A DNA stretch of 64,000 nucleotides from an uncultured Elusimicrobia bacterium. GTDB taxonomy: Bacteria > Elusimicrobiota > Elusimicrobia > 2-01-FULL-59-12. The DNA lies in the NCBI GenBank assembly GCA_963702895.1, contig OY969767.1:1152001-1216000 (forward strand). Direction: 5' to 3'. Below the pieces are notes generated by a model, which did not search any database, was not told the DNA's origin, and worked only from the letters and a program-made list of their open reading frames with translations. The position numbers were made by a program, and so were the translations under genes. Below are positions 36,901 to 50,048 of this stretch, in pieces. The stretch's first letter is position 1. Each line of letters opens with the position of its first letter.

Positions 36901-39368
36901 TCTTCTGTTTTGATGCTCGAGTCACCGGAACCATCAAAATCTTCGCTGATTTGTCCGAGTGTTATATTGATCCGTGTTTCACTGGGAGTTGGAGTTGTGC
37001 CGGCAGCCGTGCCGTCTCCCATCATCCACATCTCCAGATACTGCTTTTTGGAGAAGTCCACCCCACCTGTTTTTAGCACGGTCGCGATAGAGGCTTCTGT
37101 CGATAGTGTGAGGTCGTACCTGACGCTGAGGACTTGGGTCTGGTCATCCTCGAGCGCGGCCGCATTAGGGTTGATATCGAGTGTCCTAACGAGATTATTA
37201 GTGAGATTGTCTCCCGGTTGATTGACCAAGGAAACCTGACCAATGGCATTTAGGTATTGCCCGCCTGTGCCAGCACTGGTTGGATTCGCCGCAATCTGCC
37301 AGCCCAGTTTGCTGAGGCTGACCGATGTTTCATCTTTGATGCCTTCCATGTTCTCAATCAGGGCCTTTCCAAACGTGTTGGGATTGCGCACGCTGCGCGC
37401 GACTTCGGCGGAGAAACTTGATTTAAGTGTCGGCAGCGGATTGAAGATGAGGTCTCTCAAGTGAATGTCGCCTTCTAGGATAAGCCAGCTTCCGGAGGTC
37501 TGCCGGATGTCCGGAGCCGCCGTTTGCTTCGGCGCAAAATCATAAATGACGGTCGAGCCCAGCAAGCTTGAGGCAAGGATGGGGTGCACCGGCGCGAAAG
37601 AGACTTCACCACGAGCGCCGACCAGGGTGTCCTGTTGGGTGCCGGCGATCCCGAAGGGTGAGAACTCGTAGGTGGCTTGGATGCGGGTGGTTTCAGTGAT
37701 CTGGTCCTCATTAAAAAAGGTCAGAAAACCCGACGCATAATCCAAGAAATAATCGATATCACGGACCAGGGGTCTGCCGTCTAAGGTGATGCGTTCGCTG
37801 TTGATCACGATATTGGGGCGCAGGGTATAGGTTTTGACGCGCGCGCGATATTCGATGAAGAAGCTGGATTGGGTCGTGGGTGTAAAGAAGTAGACCGGCG
37901 CGAAGCTGGATGCAGGATCACCATTATCCAGGCGCCTCGTGAGAGCAAAAGAACCCGCTTCGAAATCGACAACGATCTGCCCGGAGTTATTCGGCAAGTA
38001 CAGGATTCCTACGGCAGGGCCAATGAAGTTGTTGCCGAGGTCTCTTAATTGGAGTGTAAAGTTGCCTTGATTGTTGTCTCGGACGATCTTGTTGCTGCCA
38101 ATATTGTAGTGGGTGAGTTCTTCCGTAGCAGGGATCAGGGTGATTTGGCTTTCGTCCCATTTGATGGCTTTGGGCATTCCCACGATGCCTCGCGAAGTGC
38201 TCAGCAGATCCGTGGTTCCGGGGATTGTGTAGTCGATGGCCACAACGCTGGTATTGGTCAAGGGTGTTCGAAACGTGACGATCCCCGAGCTTGGATCAAC
38301 AAAATAATCGATTCCCTGCGCCAGGAGGAGGAAGCGCCCTTCGTAAGTCGTGCTCGATGTGACCGGACGGTTGGGGATAAGGGTTAAATCGACGGTTGTG
38401 GTTGTGTACTGCGGACCAGATCGTGTGGTGTCTTGTGTGTCGAGATAGATCTTAACTGTTGAAACGGCCACATTGTTGTCATCGGGGCCGGTCAAGCTCT
38501 TGTAATTATAAAAGCGCCTGCGGACATAGCTGGTGTCAGGGATGTTGACTCTCTGCAGCTGGACATTGCCAACAAATTCTTTCGTCTCGGTTTGACCTTT
38601 GGTCCGGCTGCCAATGAAATAGCCCTTCAGGGCCTTGTATTTGAGCTCCGCGGCTGCGCCAAAGACCTGTTTCGTGTAACCGGCAAATTCTGTTTGGGGC
38701 AAAGACATGTTGATGTCCCCGAAGGCCGCCCTTTGAACCACCTCATCGGGGTCACCCTTGTAAACGATCGAAATATCTTTTTTGTCTGTTTTGGTGTCGT
38801 CAAAGTCGACATTGACCGTCACTTTTCTCCCAATCTGGCCATTGATGCGCACCTGCAGGGACTGGAGGAGCTCAAAGGAACTCTGGGTGTTGGAGACCCC
38901 TTGTGTGGTGGCATAGCCGCTGTTGGAATATTTCGTGCTGCGGAATATCATCCCGATGGTTTTGCGGCCGGAGACCGTGAGCCTCGATTCGTAAGGCAGT
39001 TGGACGGTGAATCCCGGAGGAGGAGGGACCGCGGGTGCCAGCCTTCCAAGGGGCGCGGTGGACAAGGCGATTTCTGATGGCAACGGCATGAACAGAGGCT
39101 GGCCGGCTTCAATGAGCCGGCGCATCTCGTTCCAGCGCTCCCGCTCATTGCGAAGTTCCTGGTGGGGCTGAAGATCGAGAGAGGCCGCTTCAATGGCCTG
39201 GGTGCTAAGAGCGTCACTCAGGTCAGGAAGAAGGTCTTCGATCGGTTTTTTAAGGAGGCGGATAGACTGCAGCACATAATCGGGAAGATCAGCCTCACCA
39301 TAGAGCGTGTAAAACGCGCTACATACGAGCCCGCAGAAAAAGACAAAAATAGCGAATTTACGGCGCAT
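33972..39368 (-). CDS. Very large outer-membrane protein, SprA-like (T9SS translocon N-terminal region plus beta-barrel)
   Basis: LQVRINGQIGRKVTVNVDFDD, YKGDPDEVVQRAAFGDINMSLP.TEF, GIDYFVD..SG; beta-strand-rich C-half ending in F. Confidence 0.72.
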   Translation of the reverse strand: MRRKFAIFVFFCGLVCSAFYTLYGEADLPDYVLQSIRLLKKPIEDLLPDLSDALSTQAIEAASLDLQPHQELRNERERWNEMRRLIEAGQPLFMPLPSEIALSTAPLGRLAPAVPPPPGFTVQLPYESRLTVSGRKTIGMIFRSTKYSNSGYATTQGVSNTQSSFELLQSLQVRINGQIGRKVTVNVDFDDTKTDKKDISIVYKGDPDEVVQRAAFGDINMSLPQTEFAGYTKQVFGAAAELKYKALKGYFIGSRTKGQTETKEFVGNVQLQRVNIPDTSYVRRRFYNYKSLTGPDDNNVAVSTVKIYLDTQDTTRSGPQYTTTTVDLTLIPNRPVTSSTTYEGRFLLLAQGIDYFVDPSSGIVTFRTPLTNTSVVAIDYTIPGTTDLLSTSRGIVGMPKAIKWDESQITLIPATEELTHYNIGSNKIVRDNNQGNFTLQLRDLGNNFIGPAVGILYLPNNSGQIVVDFEAGSFALTRRLDNGDPASSFAPVYFFTPTTQSSFFIEYRARVKTYTLRPNIVINSERITLDGRPLVRDIDYFLDYASGFLTFFNEDQITETTRIQATYEFSPFGIAGTQQDTLVGARGEVSFAPVHPILASSLLGSTVIYDFAPKQTAAPDIRQTSGSWLILEGDIHLRDLIFNPLPTLKSSFSAEVARSVRNPNTFGKALIENMEGIKDETSVSLSKLGWQIAANPTSAGTGGQYLNAIGQVSLVNQPGDNLTNNLVRTLDINPNAAALEDDQTQVLSVRYDLTLSTEASIATVLKTGGVDFSKKQYLEMWMMGDGTAAGTTPTPSETRINITLGQISEDFDGSGDSSIKTEDANGNNTLDASEDTGIPFINPDSTVATLGANNLRIDSNDLDRNGVLNTENILIGGNIGYDADLLTDPISSITFPGEPENRVDFSGWKFVRVPLNISSSTASNWSAIKELRLSLKPGGTATKTGTIHIAKIAIVGNRWLPEDPTVVGSTISVTAINTEDDASYVSPAGDPDFDDLNQINTALTGPTPTNRKEQSLAVNYSYDIASGTVLAKNVTVSPMDFTPYGSVRFFVRKNAAKTSSGQEANLVFRAGSDTDYWEFSYPIDSLVADVWTQIKIDQTGGERPNLWVSGVPDGTVRAVGNPNLSSIAQLKFGVDTTTAATRSGELWFNEVYGADVISRVGYASSFKASLDLFGWGSLTGSARNIDRNFETFTSAITNQDRHEQTATLNLTRLSWFPMAFTGSQRHTITPAINTVNSTLVSYLQEGDVRDKSFSGSGTLQIPRLPKFGLFYDANKTVSSQIFRTDKADRYGITMDYDVPARSRFLPRNISMGYRYSRLRLNFGDGALTNASDPFSVSNTRNNTQDINAKLSFQPASGFSINPSFSRSITHEAKDVLFSTSTGINVSTQTVEYDKLKTQTLGLDGVFSFRRWFSPRMRYTITNRETFGLPLAANLLAADRKTVDRTSTAEAGWDLAWRDLTRRLRPLQSMNVVTTYLVENGDSWKEVEGGYNSLNSISVRNSLGSGTRTNLTIRETVRSTQRLSPFDWATQWTGPGRTIRTMSLTSNITDTRQRQETTGTPTKIITQVFPDLLMGFAQTEHLFLASRWMSNSQLNLKTQHKKVDTAGISLQKASTNGGDWRFTILRKLDLYTTYTRTSDSSYDRINSVTTSQTHGSVLGMQLGFNVGKWRLSPKYDQTSRETEDASGRLTADLRTKTAALQAYADLYLPAGLKLPFADLVVFSNRIRTTENFSVDMRRSKIDELNSNTDTYKISTSNDYEMTSNIRLSFGGNYFYTANKVSSDANTYGYEVNTLLTIQF

Positions 39369-39487
39369 ATTTCGAACTATTGTTGTCCGAATTAGGCTAA
39401 ACTGCAAGACTTTTTAAGCAAAAACGAAAATTGGCACAATCTGTAACGTTTCTAAAAATCATGCCGCAAACACGTATAATTCCTGCC

Positions 39488-40576
39488 ATGAAGATCCTTT
39501 CACGCTATATCCTGAAGGAATTTCTCGGCAATGTGTTCTTGGGGTTGCTGATCTTCACGTTCGTTCTGCTCCTGGACCACCTCTTTGAGCTGATCGACCT
39601 TCTGCTGGGGAAAGGGGTTGGACTGGGGCTCACCCTCAAACTTCTGACCCTCCTTCTCCCCTCCACCCTTTCCCTGACCCTGCCCATGTCCATTCTCCTG
39701 GCGTCTCTCTTGACGTATGGGCGACTGTCCGAACACAATGAAATCACAGCCGCACGCGCGAGCGGCCTTAAGGCGTGGAGCTATGTCAAAATGCCGTTGC
39801 TCATCGCCCTCTTGGCGGCGGCCTTTCTTGTCCCTTTTAACACGCGTTGGGCGCCGCGTGCGCATGCCTCCTTCCGCAGTATTTACGTCCAGCTCCTCAA
39901 ACGCAACCCCTTGGTGCGGATCGAAGAGCGGACGTTTGTTGAAATTGGCGAGTATCATCTCTACATCGAGCATAGGGAAAAAAAGAAGGGCCTCATGCGG
40001 GGTGTGACCATTTACAAACTTCCCACCAGCGGCGCAGGGCTGCGTATTTTCGCCGAACGCGGCAAGGCCGCTTATGAAGAGGGCAAGGGGCTCACGCTGC
40101 TCTTGTCCCAGGGGCGAATCGAGAAAGTGGATGCGGCCGCCCCGGAACGTTGGATGAACACAGAATTTAAGGAGTATCAGTTTTTTATTCCACTGGCGAG
40201 TGCTCAAGCGAGCTCCGAGAGGTCCATCGAAGAAATGGACAATCGCGAACTCCGTAAAGAAATTACCGTGCTCAAAAGCAAAGGGCTTCCTTACCCCATC
40301 CTGGCTTGTCAGATCCAACTTCGTTGGGCGCTCGCGATGACACCGCTTCTCTTTGCGGCCCTCGGCATACCGCTGGCCATCCGCATGCAGCGCGGTGGAA
40401 GGTCGATTGGTTTCGGCATGAGCCTCATCATCATGGTGCTCTACTACATCTTGCTCATGGGCGGCACCGCCTTGGGGCAGCGTGGTTCATGGCCTCCCTG
40501 GATCGCGGTCTGGATGGGCAATAGCGCGCTTCTTGCTTCGGCATCGTTTCTTTATTGGAGGATGACCCGGCGGTGA
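39488..40576 (+). CDS. lptF: LPS export ABC permease LptF-like
   Basis: ILSRYILKE, GRLSEHNEITAARASG, six-TM pattern. Confidence 0.85.
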   Translation: MKILSRYILKEFLGNVFLGLLIFTFVLLLDHLFELIDLLLGKGVGLGLTLKLLTLLLPSTLSLTLPMSILLASLLTYGRLSEHNEITAARASGLKAWSYVKMPLLIALLAAAFLVPFNTRWAPRAHASFRSIYVQLLKRNPLVRIEERTFVEIGEYHLYIEHREKKKGLMRGVTIYKLPTSGAGLRIFAERGKAAYEEGKGLTLLLSQGRIEKVDAAAPERWMNTEFKEYQFFIPLASAQASSERSIEEMDNRELRKEITVLKSKGLPYPILACQIQLRWALAMTPLLFAALGIPLAIRMQRGGRSIGFGMSLIIMVLYYILLMGGTALGQRGSWPPWIAVWMGNSALLASASFLYWRMTRR

Positions 40577-41644
40577 AAATTGTCGATCGTTACCTGATCC
40601 GATCGTTCCTTGTCCCTTTTGGTGTTTGCGTCCTGATCTTTGGTGTCTTGGTCACGCTGGGAAGGTTTTTCGACAAAATGGGCATTTTCGTACGCTTTCA
40701 CGCCCACTTCGAAGACATCGTCAAAGTCTTGCTGCTGGGACTCCCCTTTTGGCTGAATCTCGTTCTGCCGATTGCCACGATGCTGGCGCTTCTTTTTTCG
40801 CTGGGCCAGCTCCAGCAACGCGGCGAGTTTAACGCCTTTCGTGGAGCGGGGATCCCCTCCTGGCGGCTTTACCTCCCCTTTGTGGCGACCGGGTTTTCCC
40901 TGGCCCTTTTTTCCCTTGTGGGCGGGCTCACGTTTCTCCCCAAGCTGAACTTCGAATCGCGAAAGATCTACCGTGTGGAGATCAAAAAGCGCGATGTGCT
41001 CGAATATCAGAAAGACAATATTGTCGCCGCGGGCCGCCATCGCCGGCGCTTCACGATCGGCTGGCTGGACGTGGAGAAGGGTCTCATCAAAGATCTGATT
41101 GTCGATCGGTTCGACGATCAGTTCGCCTGGCTGGAGACGCACTCCGCCAAAACCGCCCTCTATCAAAACGGAAGCTGGCTTTTAAAAGACGGTGTGTGGC
41201 GCTCAAAAGATCCCCTCGCTTCCATGGGCATTCGGGAGGTTCCGTTTACAGAGAAAACGGTGGACATCCCAGAGAAGCCGTCGGATTTTGTCATGGAAGA
41301 CAAAGAAACGGATGATATGACAGGCCAGGAGCTGGTCGAACGCGCGAAGCGCTTAAAGCGAAGGGGCGCGCCCGTTTATAAAGAAAAAGTCGCGCTGCAC
41401 TTGAGGCTCGCTCTCCCCTTCGCCAATGTCGTGGTCATCCTGCTCGCCATACCCTTTGCCCTCCGAAGCGGTATGCAAAGCCGGACACAAAACTTTGCTT
41501 ATGCGCTCGCGCTCGCCTTTCTCTATTGGGGCTCGATCTCGATTTTTCAATCCATGGGTGAACAGGGGAGGCTGCCGGCCTGGGTGGCCGCGTGGATGTC
41601 TAATTTTCTCTTTACGGGACTAGCCGCGTGGAAGCTTTTCCGAC

Positions 41645-41652
<8 letters not shown>
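40573..41652 (+). CDS. lptG: LPS export ABC permease LptG-like
   Basis: IVDRYL, GEFNAFRGAG, LPAWVAAW; GTGA overlap with lptF. Confidence 0.85.
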
Positions 41653-45896
<4,244 letters not shown>

Positions 45897-45974
45897 AACG
45901 TGTCCTTTCGTGTTGCGGGAAGCGCAAGGTCGCGCTTCCACGAATGCGGCAAGGATATCATTTTGAATTACGAC

Positions 45975-46277
45975 GGTTCCAGATGGACGACTCAAAGAGC
46001 AGCAGGCAATATTTGAGGGTCCATGTCGTGGGGGAGGGAGGCATCTCACTCCAGCGCTCCCGGACACCCCGGCTGGGTGGTTCGCGCAGCCTGCGGAACT
46101 CGCCTCCTCCCTGTAGATCAGTGGTCGAGGCTCACCCATCCTCGGCTGGACGCGCTCTCCACCCCGCCTCCGTCCGCGAGTCGTTCGCTGCCCCCCTCCC
46201 CCACGACAAGGAATCTTCACGCTTCCAAGGGATGGAACCTCTTTCCCTGGAGCAGGAGCCTGCTCCAGGAAAAGAGA
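45975..46277. ncRNA. Candidate structured RNA or leader upstream of metK-ahcY
   Basis: Nested complementary segments, including a perfect 15-bp stem 46024-46038/46194-46208; no family recognised. Confidence 0.5.
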
Positions 46278-46345
46278 AAAAAGCACACCCCTAATGTTTT
46301 TCTGCTTGGAGCTCTAAGCCAATGCAAGACAGCCAACGTCCTGCG

Positions 46346-47380
46346 CTAAGAAGTCGCGAGAAGGATGCCTCCAAAGACAGAGATGTTCTCTTTGACCACC
46401 GTGTTGTGGCCCATGACGCAGCCCTCCAAGTGGACATGAGGGGCGACATGAACATGATCCCAGAGCGTGCAATGGCGCAAGGAAGAGCGCGCTCCGACAC
46501 GTGACCCGTGGCCAATGACCGCGTAGGGACCAATGTGGGCCCCGCGCGAGATGTGGGCCCTGCGCCCGATCAAACAGGGGCCTTCCAGGCGCACGCCAGG
46601 CTCAATCGAAGCCCCCTCCTCGACCCAGATCCCACGACGTATTTGCCGACCGGGGAGCTTGAATAAGAGGTGGCCCTCAAGGAAGTTCAGCTGCGCTTTT
46701 TGATACTCAGCGATGTTGCCAACATCACACCAGTACCTCTCTGTCAGCCTGCCGTAGATGGGCTTCTTTTGGGAGAGTAAAGCAGGCCATACATCATGAC
46801 CGAAATCATAGACTCGGCGGGCCGGGATCGCTGAAAGGATGGACGGCTCACAGACATAGATCCCGGTGTTGACTTGATCGGAAAAAACATCCCCCCAGTA
46901 CGGTTTTTCAACGAACTTTTGGATACGTCCCCCCGCCCGCGTCAGGGTCACGCCATAATCAAAGCGCGCGGTCATCTTTTTGAGGGCCATGGTCGCGATG
47001 GCGTGCTTACGTTTATGGAAGGAGATGAGGTCCGTGAAGTCAATGTCGGTGAGCCCATCGCCTGACGTCACGACAAAGGTCTCCTTCTGAAAGAAGGCGC
47101 TGGCTTGACGCACGCCGCCTGCGGTGCCCATAAGTTTGGGCTCATGCGAATAGGAGATCCGGACCCCCCATTGCCGACCGTCGGAAAAATGCTTTTTGAT
47201 GAGTTCAGGATGATGGTGGAGATTCAGGACGATGTCCGTGATGCCATGGCGCTTCAGGTTTTCGATTGTATATTCCATCACGGGTCGATTGGCGATCGGG
47301 ACCATCGGTTTGGGCACATCGACCGTTAAAGGCCGCAAACGCGTGCCGGCGCCCGCGGCCATGACCATGGCACGGACCAT
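46346..47380 (-). CDS. NDP-sugar synthase (mannose-1-phosphate guanylyltransferase-like)
   Basis: AAGAGTRLRPLT..VPKPM, GTAGGV, EKP, NTGIY, C-terminal hexapeptide repeats. Confidence 0.9.
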   Translation of the reverse strand: MVRAMVMAAGAGTRLRPLTVDVPKPMVPIANRPVMEYTIENLKRHGITDIVLNLHHHPELIKKHFSDGRQWGVRISYSHEPKLMGTAGGVRQASAFFQKETFVVTSGDGLTDIDFTDLISFHKRKHAIATMALKKMTARFDYGVTLTRAGGRIQKFVEKPYWGDVFSDQVNTGIYVCEPSILSAIPARRVYDFGHDVWPALLSQKKPIYGRLTERYWCDVGNIAEYQKAQLNFLEGHLLFKLPGRQIRRGIWVEEGASIEPGVRLEGPCLIGRRAHISRGAHIGPYAVIGHGSRVGARSSLRHCTLWDHVHVAPHVHLEGCVMGHNTVVKENISVFGGILLATS

Positions 47381-48792
47381 CAGAAGGCCACCGCGACTTT
47401 CTGCGCCCACTTGAGGAGGCACTCTGTCTTCTGGGGTGACTCGGATTCAGCGTAAGTGCGCATGAGCGGTTCCGTTCCGGAAGGACGCAAAAGGACCCAG
47501 GAGCCAGATTTCAGAATCACCTTAACGCCATCGCGCGTCCTCACTTCAGAGACCTCTTCGCTTGCCAATTTCTCAGGAACGCGTGACGACGTGTCCTGGC
47601 CAAAGCGCGCTTTGTCTCCAATGGGTTGCTCCAGGTGCAGGTCGACCCGTTTGAAGCACGCTCGCCCGAATCGTTTCTCTATGGCATCTAAGAGCTGCGA
47701 GGGGGTCTGGCGACGGGCGGCGAGCATCTCGAGGAAGAGGAGGCCGTTCAAGATACCGTCGCGTTCAGGCAGCCCTCCCCGCACGGCGTATCCGCCCGAT
47801 TCCTCACCGCCCGCGAGAAAATCATCCTGGAGCATACGCTCCGCGACATGTTTGAAACCGACAGGAACCTCTTCAAAAGGAAGTCCAAACTCTCGGGCGA
47901 TCCGTTCGCTCAAATAGCCCAGAGAGACGGCCTGGACAATTTTCCCTTTCCATCCTTTGTGCTCGATGCAGTGCAAGACGAGCATGGGAAAGACCTGATG
48001 AGGGGTCAGGTAGCGTCCTTGTTCATCGACGACGCCCAAACGGTCTGCGTCGCCATCCAAGGCAATCCCGACAGCGGCTTTGCGGCGGCGGACCGCGTGG
48101 CATAAAGCATGGAGTTGGCTCTCCACGGGTTCGGGGTGCAATCCTCCAAAGAGAGGGTCCTCCTCCGCGTGAAGGGCCACGGACTTAACGGAAGATCCCA
48201 TAAGCACACGCTCCGGGATCCCGGCGCCGACACCGTGCAAATAATCAAAGACCACCGTTTTCTTGAATGCCCGCAGGAGCTTCGCGTCAAGGCGGCTTCG
48301 GAGGTACTGGATGTACTCCTTACGGTCGTCAAAAGTCTTGAGGGGTAGATCAACCGCGGCGCTCGATGTGGCTTGGACACTGGCAAAGGCTTCGATCTCA
48401 CGCGTGACCTCAAGCGGTGCCGAGCGACCGAGGGCGTCTTTTATTTTAAAACCGTTGTAGAACGCGGGATTATGGCTGGCGGTGATCATAATGCCCCAAG
48501 AGGCTTTGTGCTGGACGACGCTAAATGAAAGGGCGGGGGTCGGCAGGGGAGTCTCCGAGAGCCTCGTAGGGAACCCTCGCGACATGAGAACGTTCGCGGC
48601 AGCCCTGGCGAAGGCACGCGACAAAAAGCGTCTGTCATAGCTTACGAGAACGGTGCCATCGCCCAGAGAAGGATGGGCCGTCATATAGGCGGCGCAGGCA
48701 GCCGCCGCTTGCCGGACCTTCTCGAACGTGAAATCCTCAGCGATAAGGCCGCGCCAACCATCAGTGCCAAAACGGATGGCGCTATCGGCCAT
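47380..48792 (-). CDS. Phosphomannomutase/phosphoglucomutase
   Basis: FGTDGWRG, TASHNP, DGDADR, GGEESGG, RPSGTEP. Confidence 0.93.
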   Translation of the reverse strand: MADSAIRFGTDGWRGLIAEDFTFEKVRQAAAACAAYMTAHPSLGDGTVLVSYDRRFLSRAFARAAANVLMSRGFPTRLSETPLPTPALSFSVVQHKASWGIMITASHNPAFYNGFKIKDALGRSAPLEVTREIEAFASVQATSSAAVDLPLKTFDDRKEYIQYLRSRLDAKLLRAFKKTVVFDYLHGVGAGIPERVLMGSSVKSVALHAEEDPLFGGLHPEPVESQLHALCHAVRRRKAAVGIALDGDADRLGVVDEQGRYLTPHQVFPMLVLHCIEHKGWKGKIVQAVSLGYLSERIAREFGLPFEEVPVGFKHVAERMLQDDFLAGGEESGGYAVRGGLPERDGILNGLLFLEMLAARRQTPSQLLDAIEKRFGRACFKRVDLHLEQPIGDKARFGQDTSSRVPEKLASEEVSEVRTRDGVKVILKSGSWVLLRPSGTEPLMRTYAESESPQKTECLLKWAQKVAVAF

Positions 48793-49132
48793 AATCATCC
48801 TCGAGACGAACGATATCGTGGACCTGCGGCGTCGACACCTCAAGAATCCAGGCGGACTCGAAAGGGGCCTCAAAGCGATGGATGACCCCCGGTCGAATGG
48901 TGGCGGTATCCCCCGGTTTCATGACCCGCCTCTGGCCCGCGATTTCAAGGACCCAACGGCTCTTCTCGGAGTAAACAGTCTCATGCTTAAAGCGGTGGTA
49001 CTGCTTGCTCAGGCGCTGGCCTTTCCTAACGTAAATAATCTTGCCAACGTAATGCGGGCAATGGGCATACCAAAGCTCCCAGCCCCAGGGCTTGTTGACT
49101 TTTTTTGTGCGCGTTAATGATCGAGAAGCCAT
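48782..49132 (-). CDS. Cupin protein (mannose-6-phosphate isomerase-like)
   Basis: KPWGWE, LSKQYH..KHET, HRF, EVSTP, RLEDDYGR. Confidence 0.85.
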   Translation of the reverse strand: MASRSLTRTKKVNKPWGWELWYAHCPHYVGKIIYVRKGQRLSKQYHRFKHETVYSEKSRWVLEIAGQRRVMKPGDTATIRPGVIHRFEAPFESAWILEVSTPQVHDIVRLEDDYGR

Positions 49133-49133
49133 A

Positions 49134-50048
49134 TTATTTCTTGAAAGACTTGAGGGTCTCCGCCAAACCTTTCTCCAGCGTCATCGCAGGCTTCCATCCC
49201 AAAATCTTTTTAGCACGTTCGAAGTGCAAAACACTTCTCGCCAGCTCTCCTGTTCTTGCGGGCGCCATGGTGGGCGGTGTGGAGACACTTTCAAGGCGAG
49301 CCATCTTCTGGTAGAGGGTGTTGACGCTGGTGGGCACACCGGTCGCAATGTTCAAGATCGTGTTTTCCCCTTTCGTGAGAGCGGCCACATTGGCTTGGAC
49401 CACGTCACCGACATAGACATAGTCGCGCTCTTGTGAACCGTCGCCGAAGATGGTCACAGGTTCGTGTTTTAAAAGCTTTCCGGCAAAAATAGCGACGACG
49501 CCTGCCTCTCCGTGGGGATCTTGTCGTGGTCCATAGACATTTGCGTAGCGAAGGATCGTGTAGGGCAAACGATAGGCTTGCCCGTAAAATTGGATATAGC
49601 GCTCAGCGGTCGCTTTGCTCAAACCATAAGGGGATTCCGGACGCACTGGATCCTCTTCCCGGGCGGGCTCTTGGCCACATTCGCCGTAGATCGTGCCGCC
49701 AGAAGAGGAGAAGATGAATTTGCGCACGCCATAGGAGCGGGCGCATTCCAGCAGTCTCAAGGTACCCAGAATGTTCACGGATGCATCAAAGAAGGGGTCT
49801 TGTACTGATTTTCGGACATCCAATTGTGCGGCGAGGTGATTCACAATTTCAAAGCGCGCCTGGGCAAATAGAGTGCTCACGTTGGGGTCCCTGATGTCCG
49901 AGGTGATGAGGCGCGCCCGGCTATGGATGTTCTTCTTTTTGCCGGTGGACAGATCATCAAGAACCGTGACGTCGTGTCCAGCCTCGCTATAGGCATCCAC
50001 AATATGCGACCCGATAAACCCGGCGCCGCCGGTGACGAGGATTTTCAT
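49134..50048 (-). CDS. NAD-dependent epimerase (UDP-glucose 4-epimerase-like)
   Basis: TGGAGFIGSH, YGLSK, NVYGPRQ. Confidence 0.9.
   Translation of the reverse strand: MKILVTGGAGFIGSHIVDAYSEAGHDVTVLDDLSTGKKKNIHSRARLITSDIRDPNVSTLFAQARFEIVNHLAAQLDVRKSVQDPFFDASVNILGTLRLLECARSYGVRKFIFSSSGGTIYGECGQEPAREEDPVRPESPYGLSKATAERYIQFYGQAYRLPYTILRYANVYGPRQDPHGEAGVVAIFAGKLLKHEPVTIFGDGSQERDYVYVGDVVQANVAALTKGENTILNIATGVPTSVNTLYQKMARLESVSTPPTMAPARTGELARSVLHFERAKKILGWKPAMTLEKGLAETLKSFKK

Noticed and set aside
45897..46286. 130-aa N-terminal extension of MetK in the ORF track
   Set aside because: Conserved MetK starts at ATG 45896 after an AAAGGA RBS; the extension translates the structured leader.
47680..47695. 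GCATCTAAG as a fourth copy of the bipartite motif
   Set aside because: Lies inside the phosphomannomutase CDS and lacks the GTGAATA half at 13-nt spacing and the GGGATA tail.
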